Origin: Patescibacteria group bacterium
GTDB lineage: Bacteria > Patescibacteriota > Minisyncoccia > Phycocordibacterales > Phycocordibacteraceae
Assembly: GCA_019752595.1 (NCBI GenBank)
Contig: JAIELV010000001.1
Span: 618,394 to 682,393 of the forward strand
Length of the DNA stretch: 64,000 bases
Direction: 5' to 3'
Positions within the stretch are counted from its first letter, which is position 1. Each line of letters opens with the position of its first letter. Position numbers and translations under genes: made by a program. Shown here piece by piece: positions 45,430 to 56,717 of the stretch. The notes beneath the pieces were generated by a model. It was not told the origin of the DNA, did not search any database, and saw only the letters and a program-made list of their open reading frames with translations.

Positions 45430-46067
45430 CGTACTAAGTTGCGAATCAAAACTCCTCCAGTAACATCTGCGTTGTCTTGAATGATGAGTTGTGTGGGTGA
45501 ACCAAAGTTCGACCCACCGAAATTTGAACCCCCGAATGGAGAACCGCCACCACCTGTAGGAAAGCCTGGCTGAGAAATAGGGAAGTTATACGGGGATGTA
45601 ATTCCTGGAAGAGTATTTACAGGATACAGGCGCTGTATGTCTGCGGGGCGAATAGCTGAGCCCCCGCCAGTACTCCCGCCGAGAAGCTGCTCTGCGCCTT
45701 GGCGCACCGCCTGCGCTGCGCGCTGAGCGCCCGATACGCTGTAGTAGCGCGCCACTCGTTCTTCACGTGTTGTTCCGTTACTCTTTGTGCACGTCGCTTT
45801 CCCCCCAAGGAGAACAAAAACGGTCTGCCCGTCTGCAGGCGCCACCCAGCGTGGCATGACGCGTGTTTTGCCTGTTTCAAAAATAAACGGGATTCCTTCC
45901 GACGTCGGCGATTTATAGATTGCCATTAGTTTACCGTTTATGTTTACACAATCTCCTTGATCGGTGACTGTCCCGCGGAAAATGCCACCCAACAGCCCCG
46001 CTGCCTCTGCGCTACTAGGAGCGAGTAGAACTACCACAAGAAAGAAAACCGCAACTATAGTCCTCAT
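45426..46067 (-). CDS. Secreted hypothetical protein with Gly-rich tail
   Basis: Signal peptide (AEA), a Cys pair and FGGSN repeats. Confidence 0.7.
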   Translation of the reverse strand: MRTIVAVFFLVVVLLAPSSAEAAGLLGGIFRGTVTDQGDCVNINGKLMAIYKSPTSEGIPFIFETGKTRVMPRWVAPADGQTVFVLLGGKATCTKSNGTTREERVARYYSVSGAQRAAQAVRQGAEQLLGGSTGGGSAIRPADIQRLYPVNTLPGITSPYNFPISQPGFPTGGGGSPFGGSNFGGSNFGSPTQLIIQDNADVTGGVLIRNLVR

Positions 46068-46456
46068 ATGCCCCCTATGCCTGGTAAAGAAGTGCCCGCA
46101 AATTGTATGGTTCCATCTTTAATATATATCGAGTAACACGTAGGGTATGCAATCATCCAGCAGTACGCTGGAGTCGCGTCTACTTTACCCAAGTGCTGAA
46201 CCGTGGGGATAATGTGGGTTCTATACGTATACTGCTTTGCCATCTGGGTCGGCATGTTTACCAAATATATCTTTGGCATAAAATTGTCTGAGAGGCCAAA
46301 AACCATAAAATCCCCGTATGAACAGGTGCATGGGAAAAAAGATTTTACATGGAACCCATAATCTTGGCTTAATCCAAGAAAAGCGTTTGTGCTTAAAGGA
46401 ACAAAGAAGGTAAGTAGAACGAGAATGCTGACGCCAAAAAACTTTCGGTAGTTCAT
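46064..46456 (-). CDS. Small secreted Cys-containing protein
   Basis: Signal peptide, PCTCS and YCW...PTC; ATGA overlap with the next gene. Confidence 0.7.
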   Translation of the reverse strand: MNYRKFFGVSILVLLTFFVPLSTNAFLGLSQDYGFHVKSFFPCTCSYGDFMVFGLSDNFMPKIYLVNMPTQMAKQYTYRTHIIPTVQHLGKVDATPAYCWMIAYPTCYSIYIKDGTIQFAGTSLPGIGGI

Positions 46457-46547
46457 GTAAACAGTATGTCACATCCAAGGAATACTTTTTCACTTTTTAA
46501 ACTATATGTGCCTTTACGCATACATAAGGGCGGTATACTGAAAAGCA

Positions 46548-47414
46548 ATGGAAATCCGCAAAGGATGGGAGGTTGTTATTGGTGCGGCAGTGTTTGCTGT
46601 TCTTGCAATCGGCATAGCACTTGGCACATACTTCTTTGAAGGTAGCAAGACTATTGCAGGGGTAGAAGCTGGCGGACCCAATGATGCGGACCGCGATGGA
46701 CTCACGACTGCTGAAGAGCTTGCCTGGGGAACTGACCCAAATAATCCAGACACTGACGGCGACGGCATCGCGGATGGGGCAGAGGTAGATCTTCTCGCAA
46801 GCCCTACAATTGCAGGCTCAAGCATTAACCCTTTCGAGCGGGCGACAGACGAGCGAGTAGCAACGAGTGAGATTGTAGCGTATGGAATAGCGCAAGCTGC
46901 AATCGAGGCCGAAGCGGGCGAAGAACAAAACGCAAGTTCAATAGTTAGTAACCTTGCGAGAAGTATAGACCTGCCTATACTTGCGAAAAACATTACCGCC
47001 AAAGATCTGCGCGTCACTGAAGGTATGTCGATGAAGCTGTACGCGGAAATTGTGTACGAAATACTTAGGGAATCAGCAACCATACGCGAATCAGAACTTT
47101 CACTTTTCAGAAAAGCTGTCGATACAGGAAATTATTCAGGAACCCTAGCTCTCAAGGACGCCGCGCGCACCTATAAAGAAATGGAAGCGGCGCTCATTGG
47201 TATGCAGGTGCCACCGTCAGTGGTGAATGAACATATTGAGCTCGTGAATTCTATCGGGACGCTTGCAAACATTGTAAGTTCAATGGCTTCGTGGAGCGGG
47301 GATTCTTTTGCGGGGATTTTGTATACAGAAGCATTTTTCGCAACCGAACCCCGTATTGAAGCGGCAATCGAAGCTTTGGGTGAGAAAGTTTCATTAACAG
47401 TAACAACACCATGA
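46548..47414 (+). CDS. Membrane-anchored protein with bacterial TSP3-like Ca-binding repeat
   Basis: TM followed by DADRDGL...[19 protein letters not shown]. Confidence 0.8.
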   Translation: MEIRKGWEVVIGAAVFAVLAIGIALGTYFFEGSKTIAGVEAGGPNDADRDGLTTAEELAWGTDPNNPDTDGDGIADGAEVDLLASPTIAGSSINPFERATDERVATSEIVAYGIAQAAIEAEAGEEQNASSIVSNLARSIDLPILAKNITAKDLRVTEGMSMKLYAEIVYEILRESATIRESELSLFRKAVDTGNYSGTLALKDAARTYKEMEAALIGMQVPPSVVNEHIELVNSIGTLANIVSSMASWSGDSFAGILYTEAFFATEPRIEAAIEALGEKVSLTVTTP

Positions 47415-49339
47415 TTAAAAAAACCCTTGCAACGCTCCTCTGTGTGATTCTGCTTGTCCCCGCAGGTGTATTTGCAGACACTCACACTTCGACGGCAACG
47501 AAAGAGACCGTCTCGGGAACTAAAGAGCGAGTAACAGCAGCTGGGATTGCAGGGAAAGTAAATTGTGGAACCAGAAGAGGTGGGGCATTCCAGCGAGCAC
47601 TTTCTGAATACGGCGACCGCTTGGGGGACGCTGCCCTTAGTGGGATTGCTGACGGCGTTTCAGGACGAGGCGCGGTAGGCGATGCGCTGGGAGATATTCT
47701 TCGTGGCGGGGCTATCGGCGACATCGCTCGTGGGCTTGGGGATGATGCTAGTGATTTTTTGGGTGACTACGCGGGCGGTTTCGTAAGTGATCAAATAAGT
47801 GGCGCGTGCGGAGATTCTTCTCTCGGTCAGCGTATTTGCGGAAGAATTGGAAGCGCTGTTGGCGACTTCGTTGGGGATCAAGTAGAAAGAATCGGAGGGC
47901 AACTGATTTCCCAGGGGCTCGAACAGTTAGGCATTTCCCAGCTTGGCGGTCTCATGGGCGGGTTTGGAGGATTGCTGGGCGGAGGAGAGATAAAAACAAA
48001 AGAAGATGCCCTTCGGAGAACTACGAAAGATACATTGAAGGAGACGTCGCTCGACAGGAGAAATAGTGACACCCAAATTGCTAAAGTCTGTGATGCAGAC
48101 CCTCTGACGCGCAGTCTCGCTGAAGGACAAGCTAAAGCTGCGCAGGCAAAAGTTGTCGAGGTGGCTGCAGAGCAACTTGAAGATCCTGCCGTCGCACGAG
48201 AAACAGCCAGAACATCGGCTAAAGAGGCATATATTGAGAGTATTGCCGACCCTGAAGAGAAGCGCCTTGCGACACGCCTTGCAACGCAGCAAGGAAGTCA
48301 GGGCACACGGGCAAGTTGTGGAACGGGAGTCTTTGAACAGTTATTCAATGATGCAAACTGCAATGTAAAAGCCGCGCAAGTATTTAGTAACATTGGAAAA
48401 GCGGCGGCACAGGGGGAGACATCATACGGCCAATTGAAGGAAGCAACGTACAGCCCACAGGGTATCTGCACTGACGGACCAAATAAAGGCACCCGCAACC
48501 AACCAGAACTTTGCCCGACTCCAGGTCACTATAGGATTACCCTTCCTGGGGATGACGTAAAAAATCTTTCGCAAAAAGCCCAGCAACGCATCTTTGATAT
48601 TGATGCCGATGCTATAGGTGAAGCGGCGGACGATTTAGTTGCGGATTTAATTGATGAAATATTCACCGTTGCCGAAGATGAACTCGAAAGCGGATTACAA
48701 AGACTGGTGTCCAGGCGAGTGTCAGGTTCAGAGGGGCGTTCTGACGGAAGTTACGCTGACCGTCTTGCAGGAGTACGATCATCAGTGGCAACCACAGACG
48801 AGGGAAGAGAATATCTGAGTTCAAATCTTGCAAATTCAATCGCGATTGAAAGCACGTTCCAATCATTTTCTAACGAAGCGATTACAGATGTTTCCGTAAT
48901 AATTGGTGTCTTTGAACAAATAAAATCCTGCTATGCAAATCTTGCGCTCACTTCAAATCCAAACATTACCCCAGAAGAGGCACGCATACGTTCAGAAAAT
49001 GCTTCGTCTACAGTGAACAGCATTCTTCGTCCTCAGCTAGTGTCATTCCAAGAAAATTTTGAAGCATCGCAAGGCGTCGTCAGTGATTTAGGCATTCTTC
49101 TTGATGAAGCACAAACTGCAACAAACGCCACGGAGCTAAACGCGACCGCTGAAAGCTATGATGGTCTGGTGGCAGTAGGGCTTTTACGTTCTGACTCCGA
49201 CTTACAATTCTTTGTCGATGACGTACGGCAGTACTTAGCATCACTTGACCTTGCTCGCGAAGATGCAAATGCGCAATTAGCACAGTGCCAGCAGTACAGC
49301 GCTCCACCTTTCCCGATACCGATACCTCCTACGAACTAA
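47411..49339 (+). CDS. Large secreted Gly-rich, Cys-containing protein (T4SS-cluster associated)
   Basis: Signal peptide, Gly-zipper-like region, paired Cys, ITLPG motif and helical C-terminus. Confidence 0.75.
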   Translation: MIKKTLATLLCVILLVPAGVFADTHTSTATKETVSGTKERVTAAGIAGKVNCGTRRGGAFQRALSEYGDRLGDAALSGIADGVSGRGAVGDALGDILRGGAIGDIARGLGDDASDFLGDYAGGFVSDQISGACGDSSLGQRICGRIGSAVGDFVGDQVERIGGQLISQGLEQLGISQLGGLMGGFGGLLGGGEIKTKEDALRRTTKDTLKETSLDRRNSDTQIAKVCDADPLTRSLAEGQAKAAQAKVVEVAAEQLEDPAVARETARTSAKEAYIESIADPEEKRLATRLATQQGSQGTRASCGTGVFEQLFNDANCNVKAAQVFSNIGKAAAQGETSYGQLKEATYSPQGICTDGPNKGTRNQPELCPTPGHYRITLPGDDVKNLSQKAQQRIFDIDADAIGEAADDLVADLIDEIFTVAEDELESGLQRLVSRRVSGSEGRSDGSYADRLAGVRSSVATTDEGREYLSSNLANSIAIESTFQSFSNEAITDVSVIIGVFEQIKSCYANLALTSNPNITPEEARIRSENASSTVNSILRPQLVSFQENFEASQGVVSDLGILLDEAQTATNATELNATAESYDGLVAVGLLRSDSDLQFFVDDVRQYLASLDLAREDANAQLAQCQQYSAPPFPIPIPPTN

Positions 49340-49358
49340 TTCTTGATGGGGATAACAC

Positions 49359-49390
49359 GCAAAAACAGCTTCGTTAGGGGCTGTTTTTGC
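49359..49390 (+). terminator. Intrinsic terminator
   Basis: GCAAAAACAGC/GCTGTTTTTGC. Confidence 0.7.
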
Positions 49391-49495
49391 GCACAGTGTT
49401 TTCCACTGAACATGCGTGGGGCCGTTGACAACTACTCGTAAAAGGGATACGGTGATATTGACAGAGGGATTCATAAGTTTTCTTATTTGCACTCT

Positions 49496-49987
49496 ATGGC
49501 AAACGTAACACACCACGAGGGATACCATGATGAACGCCCTCACGGGCACCCAATCCGAAATACAGTCCTGGGAGGAATGGGTTTTTTGGCGGCACTCACT
49601 GGGGGAATGCAAGCGGGTAGTTATATTGAAAGAAACGGAGGAGACGTGCCCACAGCGACCCGCAACTTTTTGGCGGGCGTTAATGACAGAGCCCGTGGCA
49701 ATGCGCGAGTAACAGTTGCCCCAACAGATGAAGCTGCACTACTAACCCCAGAGCCTTTACAAGTGGCCCGTAGAGATCCTCCTTCTGGTATACAAAGTGC
49801 TGGTCAACACAGAGGAGAACCTGCATACAGGATTACACGCACGGACGAACGTGGGAGAACAGTTGTTCTTGAGTTTACACGTAGTACCGACCCTGGATAT
49901 CAGCAAGGTGCTGACGAGCGCAGATTTAATCTGCCTGCAGACGCCGATATTTACTACTGGTACTATCCTCCGCGACAATCCGAATAA
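49496..49987 (+). CDS. Hypothetical protein with one hydrophobic segment
   Basis: 163-aa ORF followed by a hairpin at 49997-50023. Confidence 0.6.
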   Translation: MANVTHHEGYHDERPHGHPIRNTVLGGMGFLAALTGGMQAGSYIERNGGDVPTATRNFLAGVNDRARGNARVTVAPTDEAALLTPEPLQVARRDPPSGIQSAGQHRGEPAYRITRTDERGRTVVLEFTRSTDPGYQQGADERRFNLPADADIYYWYYPPRQSE

Positions 49988-50114
49988 AACTTTTTTAACC
50001 CCGCACACAGTGACGGGGTTTTTCAATACTGGAACGTCGTGCATATCTAAAGAGTTATTCTCAAAAAAAACAAAAAACCTGCTCGACGGGTAACAACGGG
50101 GATATAATGCTCAC

Positions 50115-53100
50115 ATGGCAATGCCTGCTACTTCGTGGCGAAATTTTTTCGTTTTCCTTCTTAATGGGATTATCGGGCTTTCAATCGTTTTCTCGATAGC
50201 AATACCTTTCGCTGAAGCAGCTCCTGTAGCTGACACGTCACGTGCCCGTCCCGCGTTTGAGAGCATGAGCGGGATAAGCGTTTTAAACCCGGCGTATACA
50301 CTCCTTCGTGGTATCCCCGATGGTTGGCGTTGCGGTCAGTTCTCCCAAAGTGAATCAGGGTGTTACGACACTACCAACCCAACAGGTTCTTGGGTCTATT
50401 TAACTTGTAGAAGTGAAACTGTTACGCCGCGGGCGGATATGCCTGATATTTCATACACGACATCCGAGTGCAGCATGTGGCGCGGAAGCGGTTCACAAAG
50501 TATCGATCGGGAGACTCTTACACAATTAGATTCGCCAGGCTCAATGTCTTGGGAAGTGCCAACAATTAACAGTGATGGGACTGTAGAGGTGGAGGAAGGG
50601 AGGGCTGGCGCTGCTGATATTGTCGCGTCGATTTTTGCAGGGGCAGGGAACTGGATTAGCGGAATTTTGATTGAGGCGGTCGCGTTGATTATCTGGTTCT
50701 TCAGCGAGATTTTAGTGTGGATGTTAAACGGTCTTCTCGCACTTGTCGCTTTGTTTTTCGACTACGTCGTCAGTGAGTTTGTTATAGAAATGGGTAAATA
50801 CATCACCGCTGATTCTTCGGGGGCGGTGCGCGACGCGTGGATCATTATTCGCGACCTTGCAAACATCGGCATTATTGCAGGCATGGTGGCAACCGCAATC
50901 GGCACCATTGTGGGGGTCGGGAACTACAGCATCAGTAAAACGCTGGCGCGCCTTATTCTTGCCGCACTACTAGTTAACTTCAGCTATTTTTTCGCTGGAG
51001 CAATTATCGACTTCTCAAACTTCACTGCAAAAGCCGCGTACGAAGCGGTGATTAAAAAAGCGGGGTGCGAAACGGACAGTTCCTGTGGGATTGCAAGCAG
51101 GACTGGCAAATTAATCAATTTCACAGGAATAAATGAAAGGGTGCAGGAAATTGCCGTGGGGGACGACGAAATGACGGCGCAAGGCGCTGAGCGAAGCGGT
51201 GAAACACGAGTCGGGAGGGAAACCTACACAACCGACAACGCCTTCATTCCTTCCCGTCAAGCAACATTCAATGTGATGTTGATTATCTTCATTCTCGTCA
51301 CCATGTTTGTGTTCTTGTCGGCAATCAGCCTCTTGATTGCACGTTTTGTTGCGCTCATATTCCTCCTCATTACGTCACCTATAGGTATTGCTGGATGGTC
51401 GGTCCCTCTTTTGAAAAGCTATTCGGACGAGTGGTGGAAAGCCTTGTCGAGCCAAGCAATGTTCGCGCCAGTCTATTTCCTTCTTGCAGGAATTTCTTTG
51501 AACATGTTGGATGCGTTTGCGGGACAGCTGAACTCAGACCCCGTTGGTCTCTCCTTGACGAGCTTTGCTTTGACTCGTTCGCTTGAGGGGATGATCCCCA
51601 TCATTGCGGTGTTTACTGTTGCAATCGGTTTCATGTGGGCCGCGCTTTCAACCGCAAAGAAAATGGCAGCAGCGAGCGAGCGATTCAAAGAGCTGTACGA
51701 TGGCGTACAAAAATACCTCACCAAGCCTGGCACTTACTTAGGTGGTATGGTCCTTCGTGACACAGTTGGTCGCGCAGCGGACTACGCTCGACTAAAACTC
51801 CCCGGTTTCACTAACCGAGTTTCAGAATGGAGCAAAGGAAAAGGAATGACACAATCCATCGGCAGAGCTGTAGGAAAATACACCGGCCTTGGTGGGTTTG
51901 TAAAAATGGGAGGACGGGCACTCGACCGTGCAGCCCAAAAGGGGTTTGAGAAAATTGCTGACCAAAAATTCTTCGGGGCTGAAGGTTATAAAAAGCTATA
52001 CGACGAAAAAGAAAAACGTAAAATCGACTTGGTGGCAAAAAAAGAGGCGCTGGAAAACGAGGATGATTTCGACGGACGAAAGGCGAAAAGAGAGTTGTTG
52101 GAAAAAGAGCGCAAGTTGAAAGAGGAGCAAAAGAGAACGTCCGCTGCTATTGCAGAGCTTGAAAAAGTCAGCGGTCGCACACCCGCACAAGACGCAAGCC
52201 TTGCTTCGTTGAGGGAGAAAAGGGAAAAGGAGAGAGCGGAACTTGCTGAAATAAATAAATTTAAAGAGAACCGCAAACGACACCCAAAGGATGGTGTTAC
52301 AAAAGAACATGGCGAACTGGTTGAAAGCTCGAGGCTGAATCAGCTGCACGCAGATAGACAAAATGTTATTGGTCAGGGCAAACTTTCCCCCGAAGAGGTC
52401 AAGCGACTTGAGGAGAAGGAAAAAAACAAAACGCTAACCGCGGCGGAAGGCAATCGTCTCCGTCTACACAGAGAGCATGGGGGTGATACCGCTAAACTTG
52501 ACGCTGAAATCGCGGAGGAGGAAGAATTTGAACAACAAAAAGATAAATACGGATGGGGCGGCGCTCAGGGGAGAATCCGTCGCGGAAAGGCAAAACAAGA
52601 TCGCGCGGTAGCGGCAGGAGAACGCATAGAAAATTTCAACGAGAGGGCGCACGCATCGGGGCTGGAAAAAATTGCTGCTGCTGCTGCGAAAGCGGCATTT
52701 AGTGAGCCTGATTTCAGTGCATGGCAAGCTTTGGAGCGGCAAGCGGCAGCAAACCCAGGCGCTTTCAGCGAGACTGACCCTGGTAAAAAGGGGGCTTTGC
52801 AGGTACGCCTTGAAAAATTCCGAGAACAAGCGGAAAACGCGTCCCGCATGAGCCCCGGGGATGAGAAGTCTTACCTGGAAGCGCTACAAACCCCCCCGTC
52901 TGAACGCACTCCCGATCAGGTTGCACTCGTTACCGACCCCAACAGAAAGCTAACAAGTGCGGAAGCCAAAGCCTCGGCCTATTATCGTGAACAAAAAACC
53001 GCAATCACGGAGGATACGAACACAAAATTGGATGCGGACATTAGGAGGCGAACGGCTGGAACGCTTACGGATAAAAAGAGGCTCGCCGAGATGGAAGTTC

Positions 53101-54797
53101 TTGAAAACCGCAGACGAGTCGCAGGTGTTGTTTCAAATGATGGTAAAACCATTATAAAAAAGGGGGACGGCTTCAGCGAGGGTGCAGTAGAAAATTTTCA
53201 TGCATTTAGAATCAGACAAGAATCGCGTAATTCGGCGGTGCAAAGAAAGTTGCAAGAAAAATTTAACGATGAAACTGGCCAGGTTGAATTCGAACTTGAA
53301 GATGATTACGGATACAAATACAGACTCGAGACGGGTGATGCGACACTGCAATTGCGTAACGCAATGGGCGATGCACGCACACTCGTCGGAAAGCTGGGTG
53401 TCGACTACATCAAGGGAGAATACCGTAAAGACCCGAAGAGTATTCTCAAGTACGCAACGGCCCTGAACGACGAAGACTGGGCAAAAATAGCCTCAGACCA
53501 TAGCATTAACGAAGAGATACGGAATGAAATGCAAGTAACCAGAATAAGACGATTCACCGACGGTTTTATTAAGCTCCAACAGGACATTGTTGACGGTAAA
53601 GTTGCGTGGGGCAGCGATGAATTTAATCGCCGCAAAAACGACCTGTTTAACCAGCAGACCAAATACATCCCGAATAGCGAGATGCTCGCAGCGCTCCAAA
53701 CAAACGCGGTCATCGGCGAACTTCATAATAAAAAGACCGGTGCTACGATGCATGTTCGTATTAAAGATCTGAACACAGACACTGGAGAAGAGGGGGTCGG
53801 GAACTTGCGCAGGCTATTCTGGCACAGTACATCTTCAACGATGTTTGCGGACGCGAAGAAAACAAACGTCTTCGGACGTGAACTCAGCGCTGAAATGGCT
53901 CGCGATAAACGCGGCGGAGAGGACGGCACTGACCGAATGCGAGACATTGATCATATGATGTACGACATGATGGGTCTCAGTGACGACAAAAACTACATGC
54001 AACAGACCGCCGGCAAGGTTCAAATGTATGCTAAGGCTCGCGCCGACAAAGCAACAAAAAACATACTCGTAGAAGCCGAGAATAAAATTAACGCGTACAA
54101 TGATGGAGAAAGTACGCAAACCACAAACGACTACATTGCAACGCAGCGCGCACGGCGCCTAGCGCAACTGAATGTGGATGCACAAGCAGGCAGGGGGATA
54201 TTCCAAGACGTGCTACAAACTGCGGTAGCCACTAACAATTTAAAAAGCGTCAGAGCTTCGATCGCACAGAAGTTAAACATCCCCGCCGCCGACATCCCAG
54301 AGCAAGATGTAATCTCTTACGCAAAACTTGAAGCTGTTCGTAAGGTGAAAGCGGAAGTGATGAGTGATCCGCGTTCCGACGAGCAAATAATATCGGAAAT
54401 GGGGCTAGACGAAGGGCAGAAATTAGTTGACCAGAGACTCTTCTTTGAGATGCAAGAGGAGAACAAAATTAATGCGAGAAACCGAGCAAAAGGATGGACT
54501 GAAGATGAAGCAGCAGGAGCGTGGAATGAGAGAAGCATGCACTCGCCCATCATCGCTGAAACCATTCAGCAATCCCAAATTCCTGCACTGCTGTCTGGTA
54601 AAGACCCTGTGGATGCCGAGAGGTTTTGGGAGAGTTACTATTTGACGAGAGGCTCTGAAGAAATTACCGCGGCTCGCAATAGCCAGGCGATACAATCCGT
54701 GATCGTATACCCTACAAAATCGCAATTGCGTGCTATTAACATCAGACGTCTTGCTAATAATCAAGACATTTTGGTCGGCCTCCCCACCAGTGATTAA
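50115..54797 (+). CDS. VirB6/TrbL-like polytopic membrane protein with ~1000-aa charged C-terminal extension
   Basis: WIIIRDLANI, ALLVNFSYF, IIDFSN, ARFVALIFL...SPI, WWKAL...FAP, followed by a long Lys/Glu/Arg-rich region. Confidence 0.8.
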   Translation: MAMPATSWRNFFVFLLNGIIGLSIVFSIAIPFAEAAPVADTSRARPAFESMSGISVLNPAYTLLRGIPDGWRCGQFSQSESGCYDTTNPTGSWVYLTCRSETVTPRADMPDISYTTSECSMWRGSGSQSIDRETLTQLDSPGSMSWEVPTINSDGTVEVEEGRAGAADIVASIFAGAGNWISGILIEAVALIIWFFSEILVWMLNGLLALVALFFDYVVSEFVIEMGKYITADSSGAVRDAWIIIRDLANIGIIAGMVATAIGTIVGVGNYSISKTLARLILAALLVNFSYFFAGAIIDFSNFTAKAAYEAVIKKAGCETDSSCGIASRTGKLINFTGINERVQEIAVGDDEMTAQGAERSGETRVGRETYTTDNAFIPSRQATFNVMLIIFILVTMFVFLSAISLLIARFVALIFLLITSPIGIAGWSVPLLKSYSDEWWKALSSQAMFAPVYFLLAGISLNMLDAFAGQLNSDPVGLSLTSFALTRSLEGMIPIIAVFTVAIGFMWAALSTAKKMAAASERFKELYDGVQKYLTKPGTYLGGMVLRDTVGRAADYARLKLPGFTNRVSEWSKGKGMTQSIGRAVGKYTGLGGFVKMGGRALDRAAQKGFEKIADQKFFGAEGYKKLYDEKEKRKIDLVAKKEALENEDDFDGRKAKRELLEKERKLKEEQKRTSAAIAELEKVSGRTPAQDASLASLREKREKERAELAEINKFKENRKRHPKDGVTKEHGELVESSRLNQLHADRQNVIGQGKLSPEEVKRLEEKEKNKTLTAAEGNRLRLHREHGGDTAKLDAEIAEEEEFEQQKDKYGWGGAQGRIRRGKAKQDRAVAAGERIENFNERAHASGLEKIAAAAAKAAFSEPDFSAWQALERQAAANPGAFSETDPGKKGALQVRLEKFREQAENASRMSPGDEKSYLEALQTPPSERTPDQVALVTDPNRKLTSAEAKASAYYREQKTAITEDTNTKLDADIRRRTAGTLTDKKRLAEMEVLENRRRVAGVVSNDGKTIIKKGDGFSEGAVENFHAFRIRQESRNSAVQRKLQEKFNDETGQVEFELEDDYGYKYRLETGDATLQLRNAMGDARTLVGKLGVDYIKGEYRKDPKSILKYATALNDEDWAKIASDHSINEEIRNEMQVTRIRRFTDGFIKLQQDIVDGKVAWGSDEFNRRKNDLFNQQTKYIPNSEMLAALQTNAVIGELHNKKTGATMHVRIKDLNTDTGEEGVGNLRRLFWHSTSSTMFADAKKTNVFGRELSAEMARDKRGGEDGTDRMRDIDHMMYDMMGLSDDKNYMQQTAGKVQMYAKARADKATKNILVEAENKINAYNDGESTQTTNDYIATQRARRLAQLNVDAQAGRGIFQDVLQTAVATNNLKSVRASIAQKLNIPAADIPEQDVISYAKLEAVRKVKAEVMSDPRSDEQIISEMGLDEGQKLVDQRLFFEMQEENKINARNRAKGWTEDEAAGAWNERSMHSPIIAETIQQSQIPALLSGKDPVDAERFWESYYLTRGSEEITAARNSQAIQSVIVYPTKSQLRAINIRRLANNQDILVGLPTSD

Positions 54798-54814
54798 CCC
54801 CCTGAAACTAAGGC

Positions 54815-55804
54815 ATGAAAACCCCCACCAAAGAAGAGCAGTACGGAGCGCTTATAAAGGCCCCAAAACCTTTGAGGGATTTTATAGTGTCACCAACACT
54901 TCTACAGATTTACGGTGGAATAGAGAGGAAGCATAAATTTACACCTGCACAAATGCTTACTGTCTCTCAATTAGCAAATCTTACTCTTCTGGGATTTGAA
55001 AGCGAGACCGCTCTCGAAACAAACATCCACCAAATATTACCCGATTTGTCTCACACTACAACGGTTGAACTCGTTGCTGATATACATACTCGTGTTTTCA
55101 AAGAGGCGCAACGGCGGGTTGAAGAAAGTATCTTAGAACCGAGTGCCTACAGCAAAGCACTCGAGGAATCCGCAGCCCCAGCTGACCCTGAGTATACGAG
55201 AATAAACAACCTTGACGAAGATACCCCTGAATGGAGGGAGATGATAGGCAAGAAAATCGAAGAACAAAAGGCCGAACGAATGGCATTCCAAAAACAATAC
55301 GAAGAAAAAGTGCGAGAGCAAGCATCCGCGAGCGAAAACGCGGATGTCGAAGGGGTGGACATTGCTGATCTTGACGAAGATAATTGGCTTAAATCAAGGT
55401 ATGAACTAGAGTTAGAAGCGATTGAATCAGCGTTTCAAGAAAAAGTTGCTGTCCTTGAAAATGGAGAGGGGGCCCCGGCCGCAAGAACCATCTCTGCAGT
55501 TCAAGGGGGGCGGGATGGCGCTTACGAAAAGCCTGATAAATTGACTTTAAATGTTGTACAAATAACCCAGCCCGTCCCTGCCGAAGCCCCTGCGTCCTCA
55601 GTGTCTATTGCGCAACAAAAACTCAGCGTTCCGACAGCAGAGCAGAGCTCAACATCACAAGTTGAATCTGTCCTTGGACAACCAGGTATTTCCTCAGTCG
55701 AATTGCCAGTACCGTTGGACTCCACGACACAGAAAGCGAATGTAACTCCAATTCAGAAAAGACCCGAAAAAAGCAACGACCCGTACCGGGAATCCGTCGA
55801 CTAG
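54815..55804 (+). CDS. Hypothetical protein (helical N-terminal domain plus acidic disordered tail ending DPYRE)
   Basis: N-terminal domain is paralogous to 55823-56164. Confidence 0.75.
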   Translation: MKTPTKEEQYGALIKAPKPLRDFIVSPTLLQIYGGIERKHKFTPAQMLTVSQLANLTLLGFESETALETNIHQILPDLSHTTTVELVADIHTRVFKEAQRRVEESILEPSAYSKALEESAAPADPEYTRINNLDEDTPEWREMIGKKIEEQKAERMAFQKQYEEKVREQASASENADVEGVDIADLDEDNWLKSRYELELEAIESAFQEKVAVLENGEGAPAARTISAVQGGRDGAYEKPDKLTLNVVQITQPVPAEAPASSVSIAQQKLSVPTAEQSSTSQVESVLGQPGISSVELPVPLDSTTQKANVTPIQKRPEKSNDPYRESVD

Positions 55805-55822
55805 ACGGGGTAAAATACATAT

Positions 55823-56164
55823 ATGTTTTCATTTACACCCGAAGAAATAGCGGGCGCGAAATCAAGCGCCCCGAAAGTAATCACTGATTTTCTAGCATCG
55901 GCTGATTTCAAAAAAGAAATCTTCGCAATCAGTAAACAGCACACACTGAATTTACAGGGGATTGCAGAACTAAGCGACATTGTCACTTATATGCTCCTTG
56001 GGCTCATCCCGCAACATGAATTTGCAGGATACATACATTCTTCCCATATGCACCTCAGTCCTGAGGGCCAACGCATGCTTTTAAGCGAAGTTGATGCGAA
56101 GATTTTTAGCGAAATAAAAAGAAGACTCCAATCAGATACCACACCGAGAACTGAACAAGAGTAG
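55823..56164 (+). CDS. Hypothetical protein, stand-alone paralog of the preceding N-terminal domain
   Basis: APKxxxDF...KH...LLG...IF pattern shared with 54815-55804. Confidence 0.7.
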   Translation: MFSFTPEEIAGAKSSAPKVITDFLASADFKKEIFAISKQHTLNLQGIAELSDIVTYMLLGLIPQHEFAGYIHSSHMHLSPEGQRMLLSEVDAKIFSEIKRRLQSDTTPRTEQE

Positions 56165-56229
56165 TGCTGGGCTTTTGCATCTCATACACCCTCGCCTACC
56201 GCAGTGAATTTTTAGTTTACAATTACAGT

Positions 56230-56661
56230 ATGCAATTTCAGGTTCCTCAGTTTATTGAGGTTGAAGATAAAATATTCGGCCCATTAACGGCAACCCAGTT
56301 TATTTACCTCGTTGGTGGAGGGGGGTTTGCCGTTGCAATGTGGCTCTTGTTACCACTATGGGCTGCGGTACTTATTGGAGGGCCCGTAGCAGGGCTCGGG
56401 GTGGCTCTTGCGTTTTACAAGGTAAACGACCGCCCGTTCATTCAAGTTATCGAAGCGGCGTTTCAGTATATTTTGAAGTCAAAGCTCTATATTTGGGAAC
56501 ATAAAAATGCCGAACCCTCGCCAGAGCAGGCGGCGGAACGCGACAACGACCCAGCAAAATTTGTGCCCGCAGCAACGGGTGACCGACTGAAAGATTTGGC
56601 ATGGAGTTTGGATGTGCAGGAAAAAACTCAGCGAGAAGGAATAGAACTCCCAAGAATATAA
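56230..56661 (+). CDS. PrgI-family (VirB3-like) membrane protein
   Basis: MQFQVPQFIEVEDKIFGPLT.QF, two TMs, KVNDRPF. Confidence 0.88.
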   Translation: MQFQVPQFIEVEDKIFGPLTATQFIYLVGGGGFAVAMWLLLPLWAAVLIGGPVAGLGVALAFYKVNDRPFIQVIEAAFQYILKSKLYIWEHKNAEPSPEQAAERDNDPAKFVPAATGDRLKDLAWSLDVQEKTQREGIELPRI

Positions 56662-56717
56662 GGGGCACGGAACCGAGAATTCACTCTGTGAAGTAAAACA
56701 TACCGTACACTACATAT

